A stretch of 64,000 bases of DNA from Gaiellaceae bacterium (GCA_035473395.1 DATIOF010000088.1:196-64195); one strand, 5' to 3'; shown: positions 18,591-29,268, numbered from the stretch's first letter. A program made the numbers and translations. Notes: a model not told the origin generated them from the sequence alone.

Positions 18591-19160
18591 TTGGAGCCGA
18601 CCCGTGAGCAGGCCTGGGAGACGCTGAATCGCTACACGAAGAGCGAGGCGCTGCTCCGCCACGCGCTCGCCGTCGAGGCCGCCGTCGGCGCCTACGCGCA
18701 GAAGTTCGGAGAGGACGAGGAGCTCTGGCGGGCGACGGCGCTGCTGCACGACTTCGACTACGAGATGCACCCGACGCTCGACAAGCACCCGCAAGACGGT
18801 GCGCCGATCCTGCGCGAGGAGGGCTGGCCGGACGAGGTCGTCGACGGCGTCCTCTCGCACGCCTCCCACCTCAACCTGCCGCGGGACACCCCGCTGAAGA
18901 AGACCCTCTTCGCCTGCGACGAGCTCGCGGGCTTCATCCACGCCTGCGGGCTCGTGCGGCCCGACGGGATCGCGACGCTCGAGCCGAAGTCGGTCAAGAA
19001 GAAGCTCAAGCAACCGTCCTTCGCGGCGGGCGTCAACCGACAGGACGTCTACGAGGGCGCCGAGGAGCTCGGGGTCGAGCTCGACGACCACATCCGGTTC
19101 GTCACCGAGGCGATGCGGCCGATCGCCGGCGAGCTCGGTCTACGGCAGTCCGCCGACTAG
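18591..19160 (+). CDS. HD-domain metal-dependent phosphohydrolase
   Basis: LRHALAVEAAVGAYA...ALLHDFDYE...HPQDGAPIL. TTG start at 18591. Confidence 0.8.
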   Translation: MEPTREQAWETLNRYTKSEALLRHALAVEAAVGAYAQKFGEDEELWRATALLHDFDYEMHPTLDKHPQDGAPILREEGWPDEVVDGVLSHASHLNLPRDTPLKKTLFACDELAGFIHACGLVRPDGIATLEPKSVKKKLKQPSFAAGVNRQDVYEGAEELGVELDDHIRFVTEAMRPIAGELGLRQSAD

Positions 19161-20213
19161 CCGTTCCAGGTCCTCGTCGCTCGTCCACCAGCCGCAGGAG
19201 ACGCGGATCCAGCCCTGGCCCGGGACGTCGCGGACGATCACGCCCTGCTCGTAGAGCCGGCGCACGAGCTCGGACGAGTCGCCGTCGACGCGAAAGGCGA
19301 CGAGCGTCCCTTGTCCCGGCGCGGTCACGACCCGCTCGGCGAGCAGCTTGCGGCAGCGCGCGGCCATCTCCAGCGCGCGCTCGAAGCGTCCTTCCGGCGC
19401 GAGGTCGAGCGCCGCCGAGAGGCCGGCCAGCGACGGCACGGGCGTCCAGTTCGAGTCGTAGCGGGCGGCGCCCTCACGCGGCGTGAACGCGCCGGTCGGC
19501 TCGTAGGACTGCTGCGAGAGGTAGCTCGGCGCGGTCACGGGGAGCGCCTCGGGGTCGCGGACGACGAGGCCGCCGGTTGCATCGGGCCCGCAAAGCCACT
19601 TCTGGCACGAGAAGGCATAGAAGTCGAAGACCGTCGCGTCGACGTCGAGCGCCCCGGCCGACTGCGCGCCGTCCACCAGCACGGGCACGCCGGTCGCCTG
19701 CTTCAGCTCCTCGACCGGGAAGCGGTTGCCGGTCATCCAGCACACGTGCGAGAGCGCGAACAGCTTGGTGTGCGGCGTCACCAGCCCGAGCAGCACCTCG
19801 AGCGACTCCTCCGGCGGCAGCTCCCGGATCGGCGCGACGCGCACCTGCGCGGGCGAGACGGCGAGCGCGCCGAGCAGGCCGAAGTGCTCGCCGTCGCTCG
19901 TGATCACCTCGTCGTCGGGGCCGAGGTCGAGCCCGGCGAGCACGATGTTGCAGCCGTTCGTGGTCGAGGTCGCCAGCGAGAGCAGCTCGGGCGCCGCGCC
20001 GACCGCTGCCGCCAGCTTGGCCCGTAGCTCGTCGCGCAGCTCGAGCGCCCGCTCGAAGTAGGGCCCGCCGCCGCGGCCGAGCTCGACGTCTTGCCGCTCC
20101 TGCTCGGCCATCGCCTCGCCCGTTGCACGGGCGAGCGGCCCGTTCGTGCCCGCGTTCAAATAGGCGTAGCGCTCGAAGACCGGGAACTGCGCCCGGGCCT
20201 CCTCCCACGTCAT
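19140..20213 (-). CDS. Class V aminotransferase / cysteine desulfurase-like PLP enzyme
   Basis: YLNAGTNGPL...ALSHVCWMTG...VDGAQSAGALDVD...FYAFSCQKWLCGP (PLP Lys). ATG 20213 overlaps the upstream stop (ATGA). Confidence 0.85.
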   Translation of the reverse strand: MTWEEARAQFPVFERYAYLNAGTNGPLARATGEAMAEQERQDVELGRGGGPYFERALELRDELRAKLAAAVGAAPELLSLATSTTNGCNIVLAGLDLGPDDEVITSDGEHFGLLGALAVSPAQVRVAPIRELPPEESLEVLLGLVTPHTKLFALSHVCWMTGNRFPVEELKQATGVPVLVDGAQSAGALDVDATVFDFYAFSCQKWLCGPDATGGLVVRDPEALPVTAPSYLSQQSYEPTGAFTPREGAARYDSNWTPVPSLAGLSAALDLAPEGRFERALEMAARCRKLLAERVVTAPGQGTLVAFRVDGDSSELVRRLYEQGVIVRDVPGQGWIRVSCGWWTSDEDLERLVGGLP

Positions 20214-20989
20214 TCGATCGTCACCTCCACCGGCGCATGGTCGGACAAGAGCTTGCCGTCTACACGACGACGCTCGTCGGGCCAACGGTGCGCCGGCCCG
20301 CTCGGGGCGCCGCGGACGAGCACCTGGTCGATCCACGAGATCGGCTTCGAGAAGCCCCACTCCCCCAGCTCGGCCAGTGTCGTCGAGCGCTCGCGGATCA
20401 GGTTGAAGTCGCCGGCCAGCACGAGCACGTCGCCCGGCTCGGCGACGCTGTCCGCGAAGACGGCCGCGCGCAGCAGCTCCGCGTCGGCGACGAGCCAACC
20501 GGGGAGGCCGGTCGCGTGCAGGTTCGCCACGGTCAGGCCGTCGGTCCGCACGGCCTGGCAGACCCGGCGCTCCTTGGCCCACTTGGCGCGCGTCCGGCGG
20601 GAGAGGTGGAGCTCCCGCGAGATGCGGCGGCGGAAGGCAAGCGGGTTGAGCACGACCGAATCCTCGCCGACCACGCGCAGCTCGGACTGCAGCAAGATCG
20701 CGTTCGCCTGGCCGGTGAGCGCCGAGCGGAACAGCCCCTGGTTGATCGCCGTCGTCAGCCGGCCGAGGGCCACGCTCCGCAGGAGCGGGCGCGCGGCGAT
20801 CGCGCCGAAGGCCTGCATCCCGCTCCACTCCTCGAGCCGCTTCAAAGCCCAGACCGGCAGCTCCTGCAGGCAGAGGACGTCGGGCCGGTCCTCGCTCGCC
20901 AGGCGGATCATCTGCTCCAGAAACCCGTGCCGCTCCGGCGGGCTCGCGTTGCCGTGGAAGACGTTCCAGGTGCGGACGAGCAGGCTCAC
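20210..20989 (-). CDS. Endonuclease/exonuclease/phosphatase (EEP) family protein
   Basis: VRTWNVFHGN...DVLCLQEL...VANLHAT...LAGDFNL...LSDHAPVEVT. Confidence 0.85.
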   Translation of the reverse strand: MSLLVRTWNVFHGNASPPERHGFLEQMIRLASEDRPDVLCLQELPVWALKRLEEWSGMQAFGAIAARPLLRSVALGRLTTAINQGLFRSALTGQANAILLQSELRVVGEDSVVLNPLAFRRRISRELHLSRRTRAKWAKERRVCQAVRTDGLTVANLHATGLPGWLVADAELLRAAVFADSVAEPGDVLVLAGDFNLIRERSTTLAELGEWGFSKPISWIDQVLVRGAPSGPAHRWPDERRRVDGKLLSDHAPVEVTIE

Positions 20990-21115
20990 GGGGGCGGGCT
21001 AGTCTAGAGCGCGTGGTGGATTCGTTCGATCGCAGCGATCGGTCGTTTCAGACGGAGCCGCAAGCAACGCTCGCAGCTCCTGAAGCGGCATCGCAAGCGA
21101 CGCCTTAGACGCGCA

Positions 21116-21424
21116 ATGCGCCGGAGCCGCTTTGCCGAGGTGATTTCGCGACAGCTCGATCTCTTCGTGCGCGACAACCTCGAGCTGCTGGACGCCTGCG
21201 ATGCCGCCGAGCTCGCCTACGACCGGGCCGAGCGCGACGGGGCCGAGGAGCGCTTCGGCGACTACCAGGAGCTCGTCGAAGACGGGACCGAGATCCTCGC
21301 CGGCTTGCGCGACAACTTCGCCTCCACCCTCGACGAGGAGACCGCCGAGGAATACGAGGAAGCGTTCAACCGCGCGGTCGCGAAGCAGCTGCCGCGCTTC
21401 GGGCTCGAGATCGAGGACACCTAG
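21116..21424 (+). CDS. Hypothetical small acidic protein
   Basis: 102 aa with high GC3 and a non-repetitive acidic helical sequence. No family recognised. Confidence 0.5.
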   Translation: MRRSRFAEVISRQLDLFVRDNLELLDACDAAELAYDRAERDGAEERFGDYQELVEDGTEILAGLRDNFASTLDEETAEEYEEAFNRAVAKQLPRFGLEIEDT

Positions 21425-21903
21425 CCGAGATGAGCGGTGAAGCCGCCGACGATCGCGCCGTAGACGACGTGGCCGACCACCGTCCAGATCACCGTCCGCC
21501 GGCCGTAGTTGAGCAGGAGGAACCCGGGCGCCTCGAGCAGCGGGGTCTCCTCCGCATCGGTCCAGGGCGTGCCCATCCTCGGGTGCACGGCCGGCAGTAG
21601 CACCGTCAATAGCACCCCGCCTGCCAGCAACGCGTGGACGAGCCCCAGCACGGCGCCGAAGAGCCACCCGGCATGCCCGACCGCGCGAAAGACCCCGTAG
21701 TAAGCGAGGGCGAAGACGAGCCCGTTGACGAAGTGGATCACGTAGCCGATGGCGCTCGCCTTGCCGCGTCGGTCGGTGAACATCGTGCCGAGCAGCAAGG
21801 GGATGTCCATCCGCGTCACCCCGAGCTCCTGTGCAAGGCGCAGGCCGCTCGTGAGCACGATCGTCCCGACGGCTCCGCCGACGAGCGCGCCCCAGAGCGT
21901 CAC
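21421..21903 (-). CDS. Hypothetical integral membrane protein (about 4 TM)
   Basis: 160 aa of hydrophobic segments ([13 protein letters not shown]..., [11 protein letters not shown]..., [12 protein letters not shown]..., [13 protein letters not shown]). The GTG overlaps the GH15 stop (GTGA). Confidence 0.65.
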   Translation of the reverse strand: MTLWGALVGGAVGTIVLTSGLRLAQELGVTRMDIPLLLGTMFTDRRGKASAIGYVIHFVNGLVFALAYYGVFRAVGHAGWLFGAVLGLVHALLAGGVLLTVLLPAVHPRMGTPWTDAEETPLLEAPGFLLLNYGRRTVIWTVVGHVVYGAIVGGFTAHLG

Positions 21904-23699
21904 GCCGCACGCTCCCTGGCCTCGGCCCCGGTGATTGCGACCGCAGCGTTGATCAGCGCGAGGTGCGTCAGCGCCTGGGGGAAGTTGCCCAGGAACGCGC
22001 CCGTCTGCGGGTCGATCTCCTCCGAGTAGAGCCCGACGTCGTTCGCGAGGCCGACGAGGTCGTCCATCAGTGCCCTCGCGTCGTCGAGCCGACCGGTGCG
22101 GGCGTATGCGTCGGCGAGCCAGAACGAGCAGGTGAGGAACGCGCCCTCTTTGCCCGCGAGGCCGTCGTCGCCGCGGTAGCGGTACACGTACGGGCCCTCA
22201 CGCAGCTCGCGGTCGACGGCGGCGATGGTCGCGTCCATCCGCTCGCTCTCGTAGCCGAGCACGGGCAGGGTGAGCATGCTCGCGTCGACCTCACGCAGGT
22301 CCGGCGCGCGCACGTAGCTCTGCAGCTCCTCGTCCCACCCGTGCTCGTCCACCCACGCCTTCAGCTCGTCGGCGGCGGCACGCCAGCGCTCGCTGCGGTC
22401 GGGGATCAGGCCGGCCGCGCCAAGGGCACAGGCGCGGTCGAGCGCGACCCAGCAGAGACCCTTCGACTGGATGTAGTGCGCCCGCTCGGCGCGCACCTCC
22501 CAGATCCCGTTGTCCTTGTCGTGCCAGTGCGTCTCGACGTAGTCGGCGATGCGCGCGACCTCCCTGCCGGTGTCCCCGTCGAGCCGGCCAACCGCGCGCG
22601 CGTAGAGCCAGATCGCCTCCAGCACCGCGCCGTAGACGTCGAGCTGAACCTGGTCACGGGCGCCATTGCCGATTCGCACGGGCCGTGAGCCGCGATAGCC
22701 CGACAGCTCGGACAGCTCGTGCTCGCGGGCCCGCTCGGAGCCGTCGAGGCGATAGAGCACCTCGAGCCTGGGCTGCGTCAGGCGCGACGCGTGCATCAGC
22801 CACCAGAAGAACGCATGGGCCTCGTCGTGGTAGCCGAGCTTGAGCAACGCGTCGAGCGTGAAGCTCGCGTCGCGGAGCCACGTGAAGCGGTAGTCCCAGT
22901 TGCGGCTTCCGCCGATCCACTCCGGCAGCGAGGTCGTCGGCGCGGCGACGATCGCTCCCGACGGCGCGAAGGTGAGCAGCTTGAGCGCCAACGCGCTCCG
23001 GGTGACGGCGTCGCGCCACGCGCCCTCGTAGCGGAGGCGGCCGGCCCACTCGGGCCAGAAACGCTTGGTCAGCTCGAGCCGCCGCTCCGAGTCCTCGCGA
23101 CCGGGGATCACGGCCGGCTCGCGGGAGGCTCCGGCCAGCGAGAGCACCGCGCTCTCGCCGGGCGCCAACGTCAGCTGGCCGCTGATCACACCGTTCTGGA
23201 GGTCGCCCTCGCCGGCGCCGGAAAGACCGAGCACGAGCGCCTCGGCCCCTGCGTGCGCGGACCAGCGGCCTACACGGCGCTCGATGCGCGTCGTTGTACG
23301 TCCGTAGTCGAAGCGTGGCTCGAAGGCCCACCGCAGCGGAACCGTGCCGCCCAGCGCCTCGACCTTCCGCACGAGCTCCCGCATCGGTGAGATCCGCTGG
23401 CTGTCCGAGAGCGTCATCGCGTCGGTCACACGCACGCGTCCCTCGGCGGTCGCGAACGTCGTCTCGAGCACGTTCGAGTTGTCGAGGTAGCGGCGCTCGG
23501 CCTCGAAGGGCGCGACCGGCTGGAGGCGGAACGAGCCACCGCGCTCGGCGTCGAGCAGCCGCGCGAACACCGACGGTGAGTCGGCATTCGGCAGGCAGAG
23601 CCAGTCGACCGAGCCGTCCCTGGCGATCAGCGCGCTCGTTCGCCCGTCGCCGACGAGCGCGTACTCGCGGATCGGCGCGTAGCCGTCGATGCGCTCCAT
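21900..23699 (-). CDS. Glycoside hydrolase family 15 (glucoamylase/trehalase-like)
   Basis: [37 protein letters not shown]...[25 protein letters not shown]...WEVR...[11 protein letters not shown]. The start is placed at Met81 of the track ORF. Confidence 0.88.
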   Translation of the reverse strand: MERIDGYAPIREYALVGDGRTSALIARDGSVDWLCLPNADSPSVFARLLDAERGGSFRLQPVAPFEAERRYLDNSNVLETTFATAEGRVRVTDAMTLSDSQRISPMRELVRKVEALGGTVPLRWAFEPRFDYGRTTTRIERRVGRWSAHAGAEALVLGLSGAGEGDLQNGVISGQLTLAPGESAVLSLAGASREPAVIPGREDSERRLELTKRFWPEWAGRLRYEGAWRDAVTRSALALKLLTFAPSGAIVAAPTTSLPEWIGGSRNWDYRFTWLRDASFTLDALLKLGYHDEAHAFFWWLMHASRLTQPRLEVLYRLDGSERAREHELSELSGYRGSRPVRIGNGARDQVQLDVYGAVLEAIWLYARAVGRLDGDTGREVARIADYVETHWHDKDNGIWEVRAERAHYIQSKGLCWVALDRACALGAAGLIPDRSERWRAAADELKAWVDEHGWDEELQSYVRAPDLREVDASMLTLPVLGYESERMDATIAAVDRELREGPYVYRYRGDDGLAGKEGAFLTCSFWLADAYARTGRLDDARALMDDLVGLANDVGLYSEEIDPQTGAFLGNFPQALTHLALINAAVAITGAEARERAA

Positions 23700-23760
23700 C
23701 GTTCGGTGATTCTGTCGGTCGGCGCCGCCATCGTGCCGCGACCGCCGCGGACGAATCGAC

Positions 23761-23797
23761 ACACACTTCGCACGAACCCGTGACAGACACGTGCGCC
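23761..23797. repeat. Conserved intergenic motif, diverged copy C (bipartite box only)
   Basis: acacacttc, then N10, then gtgacagacacgtgcgcc. This matches the box part of copies A and B. It lies 80 nt upstream of the GH15 start. Confidence 0.55.
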
Positions 23798-23837
23798 AAA
23801 ACCGGCTAGCGTCGACCTCGAGGGAGGCGGGTTTCAG

Positions 23838-23860
23838 CCCCACCCTTTGAATGGGTGGGG
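23838..23860 (-). terminator. Stem-loop downstream of dnaE2 (CCCCACCC-AUUCAAA-GGGUGGGG)
   Basis: 8-bp G/C stem 23 nt after the dnaE2 stop. There is no U tract, so it would be an I-shaped terminator if functional. Confidence 0.5.
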
Positions 23861-23883
23861 GTGTCGGTTCATCCGGACCTGGG

Positions 23884-26800
23884 CTAACGGTGGCCGAAGT
23901 GGTGGGCGGCGGGGAGCGAGCCGAAGACGTCGGCTTCATCGGCGCAGCGCCGGGCCAGCGCGCCGAGTGACTCGAGCTCGCGCACGAGCACGTTTCGGTT
24001 TCGGTCGACCCGCTCGAACCGGCCGCGCGCGAGCAGCAGCGGCTCGGATCGCACCAGCGGCCGGAACCGTTCGTACACGCTCGGCGGGACGATCAGGTTC
24101 ACCTGCCCGTGCTCGTCCTCAAGCAGCATGAAGACGACACCGTTCGCCGTCGCCGGGCGCTGCCGCGCGACGGCCATTCCGGCAACCGCCACCGAGCTGC
24201 CCGCCCGCGCCTCCTCCAGCTCGAGGCTCGAGAGCGTCCCCTTGGGCAGGTGCGGGCGCAGCAGCTTCAGTGGGTGCACGCCCACCGACAGGCTCGTCGT
24301 CCGGTAGTCGGCCAGCATCCGCTCCCACGGCGAGTGCTCGCGCAGGGCGGGAGTCGCGGCCGTCGGGTCGAGCGGCAGCGCGAGCTGGCTCTCCTCGCCC
24401 CCGCTCCCCGGAACCGTCTGCGCGCGCGGCGCGAAGCCGAGCTCCCAGAGCAACGCCCGCCGCCGGCCGAGCGAGTCGCACGCCCCGGACGCCACCAGTG
24501 CCTCCAGCCGCGGTGGGTCGAGCCCGGTTCGCTGCGCGAGCTCCCGCACTCCCGCGAACGGCCCTCTGCACTCGCGCTCGCCTGCCACCGCCGCCGCTTC
24601 TTCGTCGCCGAGCGAGCGCACGTACGAGAGCCCGACCCGCACCGCCTCGCCCTCGAGCGCGCAGCGCGCTCCGCTCAGGTTGACGTCCGGCGATCGCACC
24701 TCCACCCCCCGCCGTTGTGCGTCCCGGACGAGCGAGGCCGGCGGATAGAACCCCATCGGCTGTGCGTTCAGGAGCGCGCAGAGGAACTCGGCCGGATAGT
24801 GGTGCCGCAACCACGCCGACTGGTACGCGAGCAGCCCGAACGCGGCCGCGTGCGATTTCGGGAAGCCGAAGCCCGAGAAGCCGACGAGCTTGTCGAAGAC
24901 CGCGTCCGCGACCTCCGGCTTCACGCCTTGTGCGCCCGCGCCCTCGACGAAGCGGCCGCGAAACGCCTCGATCGCCTCGAGCGAGCGCTTCCGGCTCATC
25001 GCCCGCCGCAGCCCCTCGGCCTCGCCGATCGAAAAGCCGGCCAGCGCCGTCGCGACCGCGAGCACCTGGTCCTGGAAGACGATCACCCCGAGCGTCTCAC
25101 GCAGCGGCTCTTCCAGCAGCGGGTGGTGGCTCGGCGGCACGAATCCCGGGTCCTCGCGCAGCCGCTGGCGATTGGCGATGAACGGATGGACGGCGCCGCC
25201 CTGGATCGGGCCCGGCCGCACGAGCGCGACCTGGATCGTCAGGTCGTCCAGGTTCTCGGGACGGGTCTGCAGCAGCGACTGCATCTGCGCCCGGCTCTCG
25301 ATCTGGAAGACGCCGACGGTGTCGGCCGCCTGGATCTCGTCGTAGACGGCCGGGTCGTCCAGCGGCACTCGTGAGAGGTCGACCGTCGTGCCGTGCTCGA
25401 TCGCGATCTGCTCGACGCAGTCCTCGACCGCCGAGAGCATCCCGAGCCCGAGCAGGTCGATCTTGAGGAAGCCGGCGTCCGCGCACGAGTCCTTGTCCCA
25501 CTGGCAGAGCTGCCGGCCTTCCATCGCCGCAGGCTGCACCGGGACGAGCTCGACCAGCGGCCGCGTCGAGATCACCATCCCGCCCGGGTGCTGCGAGATG
25601 TGCCGCGGCAGGCCGCCGATCTCGCCGCAGAGCCGGGCGAACGCCCGCCAGCGCGGCGACGCTCGCTTGGCCTCGGCGTCCGGCAGCTTCGCCAGCTCCT
25701 CGCCGACGCGAGACGGGCTGCCGTCGGTCAGGCGCGCCAGCCGCTCGAGCTCGCCGAAAGGCAGGCCGAGTGCCTTGCCCACGTCGCGGATCGCGCCGCG
25801 CGAGCGGTAGGTCGAGAAGCTCGCGACGAGCGCCGAGTGCTCGCGGCCGTAGCGCTCGCAGACCCCGACGATCAGCTTCTCGCGGATGTCGCGCGGGAAG
25901 TCGAGGTCGATGTCCGGCACCGAGGTGAGCTCGCTGTTGATGAAGCGCCCGAGCGAGAGCCCGGCCCGCACCGGGTCGACGTGCGAGAGGCCGGTCAGGT
26001 AGCAGACGATCGAGCCGACCGAGCTGCCGCGCCCGCGGCCCGGAGGCAGGACGTTGCGCGCGACCGAGCCGCCGCGCACCTCGAGAGCGCACTCCCGCGC
26101 CAGCTCGAGCACCTCCCAGTGGAGCAGGAAGAACCCGGCGAGGCCGAGCTCGTCGATCAGCTTCAGCTCGTCGTCGAGCCGTTGGCGCGCGCGGCGCTTG
26201 TGGCCGTTCGCGTCTGCATACCGCTCGGCGAAGGCGCGATCGCAGACGCGCGCGAGCTGCCGGATCGCCGGCTCGCCGGTGTCGGAGAAGTCCGGGTAGC
26301 GATAGCCGAGGTCCTCGGTCAGGTCGAACTCGAGCCGCTCGGCGAGCTCGGCCGTGCGCGCCACCGCGTCTCGGTCATACGGGAAGCGCTCCTCCCACCG
26401 CGCGGGCTCCAGGAGCACGCTCTCGTGGTTGCCGCGGCGCTCCGGCTCGCAGCCGTCGAGCGAGGTGCGGCAGCGGATTGCGACGAGCACGTCCTGAAGC
26501 TCGGCCCGGCGTGAATGATGCGCATGGGCGTCGCCGGTCGCGACCGTCCGCACGCCGAGCGCCTCGGCGAGGTCGCGCAGCGCGGCGAGCCTCCGAGCGT
26601 CGCCGCGCTCGAACGGGCGCTGCAGCTCGACGAAGAAGCGTTCACGTCCGAACGCCCGTGCCAGTGCCGCCGCGCCGTTCGGGCTTCGCGTCGCAAGCCC
26701 GTGCCGCGCGCAACCGGAGAGGCAGACGAGGCCCTCGTGCAGCTCGGCCACGAGGGCGGCGTCGAGCGACGGCGGCGAAGGCTCGGTCAGGCGGACGCGG

Positions 26801-27093
26801 GTGTGCGCGTGCGCCGCGGTCAGCAGCCGGCAGAGGTTCGCGTAGCCGGTTGCCGACTCGACGAGCAGCGTCACGTGTGAGCCATCCGCCAGCGTCACCT
26901 CGGCGCCGGTGATCGGCCGAACGCCGAACGCCTTCGCCGCGTGCGCGAACTCGAGCGAGCCGTAGACCCCGTCGTGGTCGGTCAGCGCGAGCGCCTCGTA
27001 GCCGAGCTCGGCCGCGCGTGCCGCCAGCTCTTCCGGCAGCGAGGCACCGTCCAGGAACGAATACGCTGAATGGGCGTGCAGCTCGACGACCAA
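23884..27093 (-). CDS. dnaE2: Error-prone DNA polymerase III alpha-like subunit (DnaE2/ImuC)
   Basis: 1069 aa: [42 protein letters not shown] (PHP domain). DnaE2-like length and linkage to imuB. TTG start at 27093. Confidence 0.88.
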   Translation of the reverse strand: MVVELHAHSAYSFLDGASLPEELAARAAELGYEALALTDHDGVYGSLEFAHAAKAFGVRPITGAEVTLADGSHVTLLVESATGYANLCRLLTAAHAHTRVRLTEPSPPSLDAALVAELHEGLVCLSGCARHGLATRSPNGAAALARAFGRERFFVELQRPFERGDARRLAALRDLAEALGVRTVATGDAHAHHSRRAELQDVLVAIRCRTSLDGCEPERRGNHESVLLEPARWEERFPYDRDAVARTAELAERLEFDLTEDLGYRYPDFSDTGEPAIRQLARVCDRAFAERYADANGHKRRARQRLDDELKLIDELGLAGFFLLHWEVLELARECALEVRGGSVARNVLPPGRGRGSSVGSIVCYLTGLSHVDPVRAGLSLGRFINSELTSVPDIDLDFPRDIREKLIVGVCERYGREHSALVASFSTYRSRGAIRDVGKALGLPFGELERLARLTDGSPSRVGEELAKLPDAEAKRASPRWRAFARLCGEIGGLPRHISQHPGGMVISTRPLVELVPVQPAAMEGRQLCQWDKDSCADAGFLKIDLLGLGMLSAVEDCVEQIAIEHGTTVDLSRVPLDDPAVYDEIQAADTVGVFQIESRAQMQSLLQTRPENLDDLTIQVALVRPGPIQGGAVHPFIANRQRLREDPGFVPPSHHPLLEEPLRETLGVIVFQDQVLAVATALAGFSIGEAEGLRRAMSRKRSLEAIEAFRGRFVEGAGAQGVKPEVADAVFDKLVGFSGFGFPKSHAAAFGLLAYQSAWLRHHYPAEFLCALLNAQPMGFYPPASLVRDAQRRGVEVRSPDVNLSGARCALEGEAVRVGLSYVRSLGDEEAAAVAGERECRGPFAGVRELAQRTGLDPPRLEALVASGACDSLGRRRALLWELGFAPRAQTVPGSGGEESQLALPLDPTAATPALREHSPWERMLADYRTTSLSVGVHPLKLLRPHLPKGTLSSLELEEARAGSSVAVAGMAVARQRPATANGVVFMLLEDEHGQVNLIVPPSVYERFRPLVRSEPLLLARGRFERVDRNRNVLVRELESLGALARRCADEADVFGSLPAAHHFGHR

Positions 27094-27852
27094 CGTCCGC
27101 TCCTAACCCGGCCCGGCGAGGGCGAGACCGTCACCGACCGGCCAGAGCGGACGCTCCGCATTCTCGGCGAGCTCGACGAGCTGATCGTGACCTGGTTTCG
27201 CTACGGGCCCGGCGAGAAGGGGCCGGAGGAGCACGTCCACCATCACCACACCGACGCCTTCTACGTGCTCGAGGGCGAGGTTGAGCTCACGCTCGGGGCC
27301 GAGCGGAACGTCGTGACGGCGCTGCCCGGCATGCTCGGGGCCGCGCCGCCGAACACGCTGCACACGTTCCGCAACGCGAGCGACGAGCCGTTCGTCCTCC
27401 TCAATCTCCACGTCCCGTCGTCGGGCTTCGGCGATCACATCCGCGGGCGCAACCCGTCCTTCGATCAGCACGACCCGCCACCCGACGGCGGCCGGCCGTT
27501 CGCCGACGCCGTCTTCGCCCGGCCGGATCAGGCCGAGACGCTCGAGAGCGACGTCAGCACCCACCGAGTCCTCTGCGACCTGCCGCAGCTGACTGCGATC
27601 GACATGACCTTCCAGCCGGAGTTCGAGGGCGTCGACCCGCACACCCACACCGACCACACCGATGCCTTTTACGTGCTCGAGGGCGAGGTCGAGTTCCTCG
27701 TCGGCGACGAGCCGCGCATCGTCGGGCCCGGGACGTTCGTCGCTGCGCCGCCCGAAACCGTGCACGGCTTCCGCCCCGCAGGGCTCGAGCCGATTCGCAT
27801 GCTCAACCTGCATGCCCCGCCCGCCGGCTTCCTCGAGCGCCTGCGCCGTTAG
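27070..27852 (+). CDS. Bicupin protein
   Basis: Two cupin modules, each with HxH..D.FYVLEGEVE...P...H.F.N (HVHHHHTDAFYVLEGEVE and HTHTDHTDAFYVLEGEVE). GC3 is very high. The opposite-strand ORF 27103..27993 is Arg-rich junk. Confidence 0.85.
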   Translation: MGVQLDDQRPLLTRPGEGETVTDRPERTLRILGELDELIVTWFRYGPGEKGPEEHVHHHHTDAFYVLEGEVELTLGAERNVVTALPGMLGAAPPNTLHTFRNASDEPFVLLNLHVPSSGFGDHIRGRNPSFDQHDPPPDGGRPFADAVFARPDQAETLESDVSTHRVLCDLPQLTAIDMTFQPEFEGVDPHTHTDHTDAFYVLEGEVEFLVGDEPRIVGPGTFVAAPPETVHGFRPAGLEPIRMLNLHAPPAGFLERLRR

Positions 27853-27854
27853 CC

Positions 27855-28073
27855 TCACGTCCCGCGCTGGCTGAACCAGCGGCCCACCTCCTCGTCGCGG
27901 AACACGACCGCGCGCTCGCCGCCCGCGAGCACGACGTCGAAGTAGCGTCGGCTGACCGGCTCCTCGGTCCACCAGCGGTCGACCACGCGCCACTCCTCCC
28001 GCACGAGCGCAACCGGCGAGCGGTTCACGCGTTTAGGCGAGCCGTCGACGTGCGCTTCGACGCGCACGACCAC
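27855..28073 (-). CDS. Small Trp-rich protein coupled to imuB (DUF6504-like by recollection)
   Basis: ...VALVREEWRVVDRWWTEEPVSRRYFDVVLAGGERAVVFRDEEVGRWF. GTG 28073 lies 9 nt after the imuB stop. Alternatively, CTG 28085 overlaps that stop (CTGA). Confidence 0.65.
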   Translation of the reverse strand: MVVRVEAHVDGSPKRVNRSPVALVREEWRVVDRWWTEEPVSRRYFDVVLAGGERAVVFRDEEVGRWFSQRGT

Positions 28074-28081
28074 AGGCGCGT

Positions 28082-29266
28082 TCAGTCGTCGCGCGGAACC
28101 AGGAGTGCTCGCTGCTCGGGCAGGCGCGACCATGGCGCGACCTCGACGACGGTGCAGACAGATCCCGAGCCGGTGCCGGCGCGGACCTGGCGCAGGCCCT
28201 CGCTCAGGTGGGCGCGCAGCTCGTCACCCTCGGGACGGACGAGCTCGAGCTGGTTCCCGACCGACTCCGCGAGCACGAGCGCCTCCAGCCGCAGCATCAC
28301 TGCAGGCGCAGGCAGCTCGGACAGCTTCGGCCCGAGCGCGGCGCGCAGGCGGGCGGGATCGGCGGTGGCATCGCGGAGGGTGATCGTCCGCCGCCACGAG
28401 CCGCCGCCGACCAGGCGCCCGGCAAGCGCGAGCTTGCGCAGGGCCCGCCCACCGCGTTCCTGCCGGGCGAGCAGCCGGTCGACGAGCACGCCGAGCGAGC
28501 GCCGCAGCGTGAGCTCATTGCCGACCGCCTCCGGAAACTCGAGCGACTCGACCAGCTCCGCCGGGGGCCTGCGCCCGCGCACGCGCCGCTTCGAGCCGCC
28601 TCTCGCCAGGCCCCAGGCGCGCCGGCCGTCCGGCCCCAGTCGTTCGGCGACGGCGCCACCCGGAAGCCCAGCAAGCTCGCCAAGCCTCTTGACCCCAAGC
28701 TCCTTCAGCTCCTCCTGCCGCTGCGCGCCGAGCGCGAGCAGGTCGATCGGCAGCGGCGCGAGGAACTCCTGCGCCCGCTCGTCGGAGACGACCAGCGCCT
28801 GCCCCGAGCGAGCGACGTTCGCCGCGGCCAGCGCGGTGAACTTCCGCGTTGCTGCGCCCACGCGCGCGTCCCAGCCGGCCCCGGCCGCCATGAGCGCCCG
28901 CTTCAGCGCCGACTCGAGCCCGCCGTAGAGCCGCTCGACCCCGCGCGTCTCGAAGTACGCGCAGCCCGGCGACGCCGAGTCGACCGAGAAACCGGCGTCC
29001 TCGAGCGCGCGGACAATTCCCTCCCACGCCTCCTCGGCGGCCGCGGGATCAGGATCGACGAGCTGGAGCGACGGGCACGTTCCCAGTGCCTCCCCCAGCC
29101 GCATCCCCGGCTTCACGCCCGCGGTCTCGGCGACGGCTGTCACCGGCCCGAGCAGCGCCTCGGCCCCCGGCTCGGGCGCGAGCGCGGCCGGCGCGAGCTG
29201 CAGCCGAGGCCGCTCCCGCAGCGCGACGCGCAGTTCGAACCCGGGGATGACGAGGCAGGCGATCAT
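28082..29266 (-). CDS. imuB: ImuB-like Y-family polymerase homologue (probably catalytically inactive)
   Basis: MIACLVIPGFELRVAL... replaces the catalytic Asp-containing N-terminus of DinB-type enzymes. UmuC/DinB-like core (FLAPLPIDLL...LGVKRLGELA). SOS boxes lie upstream and dnaE2 is linked. Confidence 0.8.
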   Translation of the reverse strand: MIACLVIPGFELRVALRERPRLQLAPAALAPEPGAEALLGPVTAVAETAGVKPGMRLGEALGTCPSLQLVDPDPAAAEEAWEGIVRALEDAGFSVDSASPGCAYFETRGVERLYGGLESALKRALMAAGAGWDARVGAATRKFTALAAANVARSGQALVVSDERAQEFLAPLPIDLLALGAQRQEELKELGVKRLGELAGLPGGAVAERLGPDGRRAWGLARGGSKRRVRGRRPPAELVESLEFPEAVGNELTLRRSLGVLVDRLLARQERGGRALRKLALAGRLVGGGSWRRTITLRDATADPARLRAALGPKLSELPAPAVMLRLEALVLAESVGNQLELVRPEGDELRAHLSEGLRQVRAGTGSGSVCTVVEVAPWSRLPEQRALLVPRDD

Positions 29267-29268
29267 GG

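Noticed and set aside
23861-23880. tRNA-like T-arm string (gtcggttcatccggac) in the dnaE2-GH15 spacer.
   Set aside because: No acceptor, D or anticodon arms can be built around it, and the spacer is too short and irregular for a tRNA.
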